In this document: positions 63,737 through 64,000 of the stretch, piece after piece
Numbering within the stretch: the stretch's first letter is position 1
How the letters are laid out: every line of letters starts with the position of its first letter
NCBI RefSeq assembly: GCF_030028105.1
Contig: NC_092396.1
Coordinates: 18,993,820 to 19,057,819, forward strand
Reading direction: 5' to 3'
DNA length: 64,000 nucleotides
DNA from: Mobula birostris
Taxonomy: Eukaryota
The notes under the pieces: generated by a model
What the model was told of the DNA's origin: nothing
The model's database searches: none
What the model saw: only the letters and a program-made list of their open reading frames with translations
Made by a program: the position numbers and the translations under genes

Positions 63737-64000
63737 GCCTGCTTCCCTAACTGATCAAGATCCCCTTGTAATTTGTGATAACCTTCTTCACTATCAACAT
63801 CTCCTAATTTTTACTAATCAAGCTTTCTGTATTTGCATCCAAGTCATTTACATAAATTACAAATAACAAGGGTCCCGACATCAATGCCTATGGTGCACCA
63901 CTAGTCACTGGTCTCCTCCATTCTGAGAAACAATCTCAACCACCAGCCTCAGCTTCTTACCTCAAAGCCAATTTTGAATCCACGTAACTAGCCCTCTCTG

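Larger units (their letters stand above)
61875..64000 (-). mobile_element. CR1 LINE interrupted by a Rex tail, a V-SINE and a Rex 3' fragment
   Basis: KWNELPEEVVKAGTVVSFKRHFDR; the sequence resumes after each insertion. Confidence 0.7.

Noticed and set aside
1-64000. CRISPR array, operon or other prokaryotic system; known miRNA hairpins (miR-146/155/21)
   Set aside because: The sequence is eukaryotic with no repeat-spacer array; those mature miRNA sequences were not seen by eye, in a non-exhaustive check.

Overview
Eukaryotic, repeat-dense vertebrate DNA. The repeat repertoire (CR1 with esterase ORF1, Rex1/Babar, Penelope, Tx1, HE1-type V-SINEs) suggests a cartilaginous fish, probably a ray (inference). 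Almost all listed ORFs are transposon fragments or their antisense shadows. The non-repeat content is (i) five small minus-strand exons (58693 to 43617), missed by the ORF track, that splice in phase into a ~108-aa C-terminus I cannot name, and (ii) a CpG-rich putative minus-strand promoter/first exon at ~35.1 kb, with NF-kB/ISRE/Ets-IRF-like motif clusters at 1.2-2.3, 16.9 and 35.0 kb. Highlights: a 510-bp, 170-codon insert of apparently foreign coding origin in a CR1 LINE (candidate endogenous viral element or captured gene); minimal hammerhead ribozymes with covarying stems in Penelope termini; a young Gmr1-type (SCAN-gag, IN before RT) LTR element with near-intact gag but decayed pol; three Tx1 LINE copies at one site, including a twin-primed 5' inversion that creates a ~1.1-kb intronic inverted repeat; and a Tigger4/Zombi-like DNA transposon. 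Boundaries of old repeats are approximate and no database searches were run.
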